Part shown: positions 58,369 to 64,000 of the stretch, in pieces
How the letters are laid out: the number at the start of each line of letters is the position of its first letter
Position numbering within the stretch: the first letter of the stretch is position 1
From: Vulcanimicrobiota bacterium
Lineage (GTDB): Bacteria > Vulcanimicrobiota > Xenobia > Xenobiales > JADMJV01
NCBI GenBank assembly: GCA_050250895.1
Contig: JBFWNU010000002.1
Location: 192,001-256,000 of the forward strand
Length of the DNA stretch: 64,000 nucleotides
Direction of reading: 5' to 3'
Notes under the pieces: generated by a model
Seen by the model: only the letters and a program-made list of their open reading frames with translations
The model's database searches: none
What the model was told of the DNA's origin: nothing
Translations under genes and position numbers: made by a program

Positions 58369-58725
58369 ATGAAGTATCTCGCTACCTTCTTGCTGACCCT
58401 CAGCCTGACCATGCCCCTCTGGGCCGATGGCAAAGCCCCTGCTGACGACGCCTCGCTGGCCGTCGGGGCCAAACTGTTCAAGCGCACTTGCGCTCCCTGT
58501 CATGGCAAGGAAGGAAAAGGCGACGGCCCCGCCGCCGCTGGGATCAAGCCACCGCCTCGCGATCTCACCACCGCCCCGCTGCTCCAGGGCGACAGCGACC
58601 AGGACATCTTCAACACCATCAGCAACGGCGTGCCGAAATCGGGCATGGCCGGATTTGCCAAGCAGCTCAAAGAGGAAGACCGCTGGAAAATCGTCTCTTT
58701 CGTCAAGAGTCTACGCAAGAAATAG
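58369..58725 (+). CDS. Monoheme c-type cytochrome
   Basis: Signal peptide, CAPCH, PPPRDL, GMAGF distal Met. Confidence 0.92.
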   Translation: MKYLATFLLTLSLTMPLWADGKAPADDASLAVGAKLFKRTCAPCHGKEGKGDGPAAAGIKPPPRDLTTAPLLQGDSDQDIFNTISNGVPKSGMAGFAKQLKEEDRWKIVSFVKSLRKK

Positions 58726-58746
58726 CCGAGAAGGTGCCGGTGCACC

Positions 58747-60273
58747 GTGCACGAACCACCTCCGATGGTGCGATGGCTATTGGTGGGTCTAGTTTCGGCA
58801 CTGCTGCTCTCCGGCGCTGCCCAGGCCCAGAGCAGACTTCCCGAGGGCTCGCCGGTGCGCACACTGTGCATCGCCTGCCACACTCCCGACGAGACCGGTC
58901 GCATTCCGACCATCGAGTCGATCCGAACTACCCCTGAGGGGTGGCGACGCATTGTCGACCGGATGAACCGCAACTACAAACTCGACCTCGACGAAGAGTA
59001 CGCGGCCGAGATCGTGGCCGACCTGGCCAACTCGCTCGCCCTGTCGCCGGCCGAGATGGCCGACCTGGAGGGCTATCTGCGCACCCGCGCCCTGCCCACC
59101 GACGACCCGGCCCTGCCCGAGACCTTCGCCCGCAGTTGCGCGTCTTGTCACGGCTACGAGGTCATCGCCAGCCAGCGCCGGACAGAGGCCGCCTGGATGC
59201 GGCTCGAGGGCTTTCACCGAGGCTATTTTCCGATCATTCCGATGATCTACCGCGACCTGGATTGGCCCACCGCGGCTCAGGCTGCTCTCACCGCCCTGAC
59301 GGCGCGCTTTCCCTTCGAGACCGACTGGACGCCGGGCGAGCCGGTGACGGGCGAGTTCCTGGTGGCCGGGCATCAAGCCGGTAAGGGCCAGTATACCGGC
59401 CGCCGCACGGTGGCCGAAGACGGCTCGACCTACACCGAGACGCTCACCTTTGAAGACGGAACCACCGTCGAAGGCAGCGGCCAGGGTCAGGTCACGGCCG
59501 GCTATCACTGGCGCTTCGAGGGGGCGACCCGCAGCCTGGTCGGCTCGGCCACCCCCGAGGGCTGGTTCGACTTTCGTTGGCAGGGCCCCCTGGGGGCCAC
59601 CGGCAGCGAGCGGGCCGTGGCCGCCAATCAACCGGGGCTTTTGGCGGTGAGCCCCGAGGCTATCGTCACCGAGGGCGGCGAAGTCACCGTCACGCTTTAT
59701 CGCAGCGGGTCGGGCAAAGAGGTCAAGTCGAGCTTGCCGGTGGCCGGGGTAGAAGAGTCCGGCCCGGCGCTGAAGGTAAAGCTGAAGGTGCCGCGTCTGA
59801 CCCGACCACAAGAGGTCAAGCTGAGCCTCGCCGACACGCCGGGCGAGGTTACCCTCAAGCTAGCTCCGCGCGTCGACGGCATTCGTATTAGCCCCGAGGA
59901 CCCGGCCGCCCGCATCGGCGGGGGCAAGATTCCCCTGGTGCCCTTGCAGTTCGAGGCCCGCGCGCTGAGCTTCGGAGCCGACGGCAAACCCAACACCGAC
60001 GACGACATCAGCCTCGGCCTGGTCCAGCCAACCTGGTCGCTGGAGGATTATGCCGGCACCGACATGGCTGACGACCCCTCCTACATCGGCACACTCGACG
60101 CCAGCGGCCTGTTTGCTCCCGCCACCCTGGCCCCCAACCCCGAGCGAGTGCGCCGCAACAACACGGGCGATGCCTGGGTGGTAGCTCGCTATCGCCCCAC
60201 CGGTGCGCTCAAGACCTATCGGGCTCGAGTGCTGCTCAAGGTGGTCGTGCCCGAATATCGAGGTAACGTCTGA
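58747..60273 (+). CDS. qhpA: Quinohemoprotein amine dehydrogenase alpha subunit
   Basis: CIACH and CASCH; R.TPEGW...V.RM; ARIGG; G.FAPA...PNPER...NNTGD. Confidence 0.9.
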   Translation: MHEPPPMVRWLLVGLVSALLLSGAAQAQSRLPEGSPVRTLCIACHTPDETGRIPTIESIRTTPEGWRRIVDRMNRNYKLDLDEEYAAEIVADLANSLALSPAEMADLEGYLRTRALPTDDPALPETFARSCASCHGYEVIASQRRTEAAWMRLEGFHRGYFPIIPMIYRDLDWPTAAQAALTALTARFPFETDWTPGEPVTGEFLVAGHQAGKGQYTGRRTVAEDGSTYTETLTFEDGTTVEGSGQGQVTAGYHWRFEGATRSLVGSATPEGWFDFRWQGPLGATGSERAVAANQPGLLAVSPEAIVTEGGEVTVTLYRSGSGKEVKSSLPVAGVEESGPALKVKLKVPRLTRPQEVKLSLADTPGEVTLKLAPRVDGIRISPEDPAARIGGGKIPLVPLQFEARALSFGADGKPNTDDDISLGLVQPTWSLEDYAGTDMADDPSYIGTLDASGLFAPATLAPNPERVRRNNTGDAWVVARYRPTGALKTYRARVLLKVVVPEYRGNV

Positions 60274-61631
60274 TGCAAGCGATCCCGGTCCACTTTATCG
60301 ATCCCTCCCACATCTTCCATCCCGAGCACGGGGGCGTGTTCGAACTCTCCCCCGAGGCTCTCGAGCTTTACCAGAAGGCCATCGACGGCGAGGTGGCCGA
60401 GGGGCCGGCGATGCAAGAACTGCTGGCGGCCGACCTGCTCAGGGCGGGCGAGGCTCCGGCTTTTCCGCCCCCACCCAAAGACCTGACTCTACGTTCGCTG
60501 GTGGTCAACCTGACCCAGAACTGCAACCTGGCCTGCGTCTATTGTTATGCCGACGTGTTGCCCACGGCCAAGAAAAAGCGCCAGATGGAGCCCGAGACGG
60601 CTCGGGCGGCTATCGACTTTCTCCTTCGCCAGTCGGGCTCGGTGCGCACTCTCAACCTGACCTTCTTCGGCGGCGAGCCGCTGCTGAACTTTCCTCTGCT
60701 CAAGCAGTCGGTGCTCTACGCCGAGGACGAGGCTCGCAAGGCGGGCAAGAAGCTCCGCTACTCCCTGACCACCAACGCCACCCTGGTTACCGAGGAGATG
60801 GCCAGGTTTCTCGATGAGTACCGCATCGGCGTCTCCATCAGCCTCGACGGGCCGCCCGAGGTACAAGACGGCCAGAGGCCCTTCGTCAACGGTCGGGGCT
60901 CGTCCAATCGGGTGCTCAAAGGGGTCGAGACCTTGCTCACCCACGTGCGCTCGCGGCCGGTGGGGGCCAGGGTGACCCTGACGCGTCAGAGTGGCTCGGT
61001 GGTGCCGATCTTCGATTATCTGCACGAGCTGGGCTTTTTCGAGGTGGGGCTGGCGCCGGTCACCGACCCGCGGGCCGAACTGCACCTGGGCGACGAAGAG
61101 ATGGAGCGCCTGCTCGACGACTTTCGCATTTTGAGCGAGCGCACCGTGCAAGAAGCCCGGGCCGGACGCTACCTCGGCTTTTCGAATCTCACCAATATGC
61201 TCAGCAGCATTCACGCCGGCCGCAAACGCGTCTATCCGTGCGGGGCCGGCCTGGGTCTGTTCGGGGTCGATTACACCGGCAAAATTTCCCTGTGTCATCG
61301 TTTTCAAGGGAACGAGGACTTCGTGTTGGGCGATGTCTGGCAGGGCCTGGATGCCGAGGCGGTTCACCGCCTGCGCCGGGAAGTGCACCCGGTCAACAAG
61401 CTGGGCTGTCACACTTGCTGGATTCGCACCCTGTGCCGAGGCGGCTGTTATCACGAGGCGCTCGAGCGCCACGGCGACCATCGCAAGCCCAACCTGCATA
61501 CCTGCGATTGGCTGCGTGCCTGGGTGAAGCTGGTGCTGGAAGTTTATCTGACCCTGGCCCGCGAGGCCCCCGGTTTTCTCGACCGGCTCTCGGGCTCTCG
61601 AGCCAGAATGACGGAGGGTGTAGTGGTATGA
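60273..61631 (+). CDS. qhpD: Radical SAM/SPASM thioether-forming maturase
   Basis: CNLACVYC, FFGGEP, YPCGAG, LCHRF, CHTCWIRTLCRGGCYH, HTCDW; located between qhpA and qhpC. Confidence 0.93.
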   Translation: MQAIPVHFIDPSHIFHPEHGGVFELSPEALELYQKAIDGEVAEGPAMQELLAADLLRAGEAPAFPPPPKDLTLRSLVVNLTQNCNLACVYCYADVLPTAKKKRQMEPETARAAIDFLLRQSGSVRTLNLTFFGGEPLLNFPLLKQSVLYAEDEARKAGKKLRYSLTTNATLVTEEMARFLDEYRIGVSISLDGPPEVQDGQRPFVNGRGSSNRVLKGVETLLTHVRSRPVGARVTLTRQSGSVVPIFDYLHELGFFEVGLAPVTDPRAELHLGDEEMERLLDDFRILSERTVQEARAGRYLGFSNLTNMLSSIHAGRKRVYPCGAGLGLFGVDYTGKISLCHRFQGNEDFVLGDVWQGLDAEAVHRLRREVHPVNKLGCHTCWIRTLCRGGCYHEALERHGDHRKPNLHTCDWLRAWVKLVLEVYLTLAREAPGFLDRLSGSRARMTEGVVV

Positions 61632-61906
61632 GCGAGCATGTGCGACGACTCAACGGAGGCGGCGAGGTGGAGGGGCAAACCCTCGAAGAGCTGGGCTGCA
61701 CCACGGTCTTCGAGCCCGGCTGGGAGACCGACGGCGACGGGGGGCAGCAGAGTCTGTGCCGACCGATGTATCGCGACCTCTACGGCTGCGCCGGCGACTG
61801 CTGGTGGCCGGCCCAGGTGCCCGACGAGATGTCGCAATACCCTTCCTGGGTCGAAGACTGTCAGGCCATCGAGCAGGACTGGAAGGACATCGACTTCATC
61901 AAATGA
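61628..61906 (+). CDS. qhpC: Quinohemoprotein amine dehydrogenase gamma subunit (CTQ precursor peptide)
   Basis: GCTTVFEPGWE..LCRPMYRDLYGCAGDCWWPAQVPD; ATGA overlap with qhpD. Confidence 0.95.
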   Translation: MSEHVRRLNGGGEVEGQTLEELGCTTVFEPGWETDGDGGQQSLCRPMYRDLYGCAGDCWWPAQVPDEMSQYPSWVEDCQAIEQDWKDIDFIK

Positions 61907-62940
61907 GATGGCTACTGGTTTTGCTGGTCTTGCTGGCGCCGGCGTTTGGCGACGAGAGTCTGGTGGTGGTGGGCCGGGGAGGGGCGGCCATCGTCAACCC
62001 CGCCACCCTGGCCACCGAACTGGCCATTCCCACCCGCGGTGGGGCTCCGGCCTTTCTCTATTCCAACCTCGATCGCTCTCGCCTCTACTTGATCACCGGC
62101 GCCCGCGAACTCGTCGAGATCCTGGATGTCAAAAGCGGCAAGCTGACGCGCACCCTCACCCTCTCCCAGCCCAAAGAACTGCCTTATTTAAGGGCCTTTA
62201 TCTATGGGCTGTGCACCGACCCGCAAGAGAAGTTCCTCTATCTCTACATCCTGCCCAGCGTCCGAGAGCGCGAGTCGATTCGCGCCGAGGATTGCTACGT
62301 AGCCGTGGTCGATCTCGAAAGCGGCAAGAAGGTGGCCACCATTCCCGCCCCCGCCGGCATCAGCATGCTGGCCTTCAAGAACGACGGCAGCGAGATGTAT
62401 TTGCTGGGCCGCGACGTTTATGTGATGGACGCCAGGACGCGCAAGATCACGCTCAAAGAGTCGATACGCCATCCCGAGTATCAGGGCGAGGGCGAGACCG
62501 ACATCATCGCCGAGTGGGTCCACTATCGCGAATGCGACTCGGTGGCCTCACTGCCGATCTTCACCGAGGACCCTTCTACCAAGCGTTGGTTCATCGGCTT
62601 GTTGACCCTCGACCTCAAGACCGGCGAGCTCGATCGTTATGAAGCGGGTCCGCCCCCAGAATCGCTGGTCCCCTTTTCGGCCGTGATCACCCCCGACCGC
62701 CAGAAGGGTTACATCATCTTCAACCACCTGGTCGAGATGAGCCTGGCCGAGCGCAAGGTGACGCGCATGGTTCGCTTGCCCAAGTCGTATAGTATCTTGA
62801 CCGTCTCCGGCGACAGTTCGCGCCTGTTCTTCTGCGGCTCGGGTCGCAGCGTGGCTCGCTACGACATCGCCACCGGCGAGGTGGTCCAGCAGGTCGAGAT
62901 GCCCTGGGATACCACCGACATGATGGTGGTTCCACGCTAG
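61903..62940 (+). CDS. qhpB: Quinohemoprotein amine dehydrogenase beta subunit (beta-propeller)
   Basis: Signal peptide MRWLLVLL; propeller blades; ATGA overlap with qhpC; canonical ADCB order. Confidence 0.8.
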   Translation: MRWLLVLLVLLAPAFGDESLVVVGRGGAAIVNPATLATELAIPTRGGAPAFLYSNLDRSRLYLITGARELVEILDVKSGKLTRTLTLSQPKELPYLRAFIYGLCTDPQEKFLYLYILPSVRERESIRAEDCYVAVVDLESGKKVATIPAPAGISMLAFKNDGSEMYLLGRDVYVMDARTRKITLKESIRHPEYQGEGETDIIAEWVHYRECDSVASLPIFTEDPSTKRWFIGLLTLDLKTGELDRYEAGPPPESLVPFSAVITPDRQKGYIIFNHLVEMSLAERKVTRMVRLPKSYSILTVSGDSSRLFFCGSGRSVARYDIATGEVVQQVEMPWDTTDMMVVPR

Positions 62941-63776
62941 TGGAGCGGGCGATGGTGGCCAACCATCCGCGCCAACTCGAGTGGGACCGCTGGTGCCCGC
63001 CCGAGCTCGAAGGCCTGTTGCGCGAGGTGGTCGAGCCTCTGGCCGCCGGCCTGGAAGAACGCCTCGGTTCGCCCGCCTACAGTCGGGTTTATTTCGGCAA
63101 CGAGTCGTGCGAGATTCGTCTGCCCGAGCCGGCCGCTTTGTCTCGCATGCTAGAAGCGGCCCAGCAGCGAGGTCTCGCCCTCACCCTGTTGACGCCGCAA
63201 GTCAACGATGCCTGCCTGGAGAAGGTCGAGCAGTTGCTGGATCTTCTGCCCAGCGGGACTGAAGTGGTGTGCAATGATTGGGGCGTGCTTGGGCGGGTGC
63301 GCCAACGCCAGCTCAGGCCCGTGCTGGGCCGGTTGCTTTCGCGTTGCCTGCGCGACCCGCGCTCGCCCGAGCATCCGGCCTGGGAGGCCTCGCCTCTGGC
63401 CCACCCTCACTTTCGCGAAGCCCTGGCCGGCTGGGGAGTCGAGCGAGTGGAGGTGGACGTGCCCCTGGGACCGGCCGCCCCCCCCGCTCCGGAGTGGGGG
63501 CTCGAGGCCAGCCTGCGAGCGCCGTTCGTGCATGTGGCTTCGGGCCGCGTCTGTGCGGTGGGGTCGCTGTCGGCCCCGCCCGAAGAGAAGTTTCAGACGG
63601 CCGGAGCCTGCCAGCGCGAGTGCCTGACCTATCTGACGCGGCTGGATTCACCCACCCTCGAGTCGCAGCTTTTTCACCGCGGCAACGCCGCCTTTGCGGT
63701 GGCTGAGGCGACCACCCTGGTGGGTGCCCTTCACGGCTTCTCGCGCCTGGTCTTTGACCCGGAGCTGCTGTTTTGA
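62940..63776 (+). CDS. Peptidase U32-like protein (UbiV-like partner)
   Basis: RVYFGNESCE, LTLLTP, EVVCNDWG, GRLL, GRVC...ACQREC, GNA; 1-nt overlap with qhpB. Confidence 0.7.
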   Translation: MERAMVANHPRQLEWDRWCPPELEGLLREVVEPLAAGLEERLGSPAYSRVYFGNESCEIRLPEPAALSRMLEAAQQRGLALTLLTPQVNDACLEKVEQLLDLLPSGTEVVCNDWGVLGRVRQRQLRPVLGRLLSRCLRDPRSPEHPAWEASPLAHPHFREALAGWGVERVEVDVPLGPAAPPAPEWGLEASLRAPFVHVASGRVCAVGSLSAPPEEKFQTAGACQRECLTYLTRLDSPTLESQLFHRGNAAFAVAEATTLVGALHGFSRLVFDPELLF

Positions 63777-64000
63777 AGATTCTGGCGCCGGCCCGTTCGG
63801 CCATGGAAGTGGAGATGCTGGTCCATCACGGGGCCGAAGAGCTCTATTGCGGGCTGACCCCGCCCGAGTGGCACGAGCGCTTCGGTGGCCTCACCTGGCT
63901 CAATCGACGCTCGCCCCTGGGCGGCAACTTGCAGAGCTACGAAGAGCTGGGAGAGATGGTGCGACGAGCCAGGATTCCGGTCTTTCTCACCTTGAACGGT
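63773..64000 (+). CDS. Peptidase U32-family protein (5' part; runs off the window)
   Basis: Manual translation from TTG 63773: MKILAP...GAEELYCG...LNRR...NL....L..MV.....PVFLTLN, a typical U32 N-terminus; TTGA overlap. Confidence 0.8.
   Translation, partial: MKILAPARSAMEVEMLVHHGAEELYCGLTPPEWHERFGGLTWLNRRSPLGGNLQSYEELGEMVRRARIPVFLTLNG

Overview
High-GC bacterial chromosome segment with about 60 CDSs, one tRNA-Trp and no CRISPR array or integrase. The gene style loosely suggests Ca. Eremiobacterota/Vulcanimicrobiota, but this is an unverified impression. Housekeeping content: tyrS, guaA, a complete his operon with two unusual fusions (HisC-HAD phosphatase and HisA-like-HisIE), a double-length eukaryote-type phosphofructokinase, a class II photolyase, an RNase II-family protein and an IMPase. 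There are three type IV minor-pilin/PilX-like loci, an orphan PilC and several c-di-GMP proteins. A toxin-antitoxin-dense patch surrounds tRNA-Trp and includes two internally deleted toxin-like genes and a probable antisense structured RNA behind a DUF3800 gene. The best candidate for a new system is at the right edge: a quinohemoprotein amine dehydrogenase operon (cyt c-qhpA-qhpD-qhpC-qhpB) coupled directly to a pair of peptidase-U32-family genes, with no qhpG in view. This suggests an O2-independent route to the CTQ cofactor. Also notable are pervasive leaderless promoters and a shared C-terminal motif on orphan proteins.
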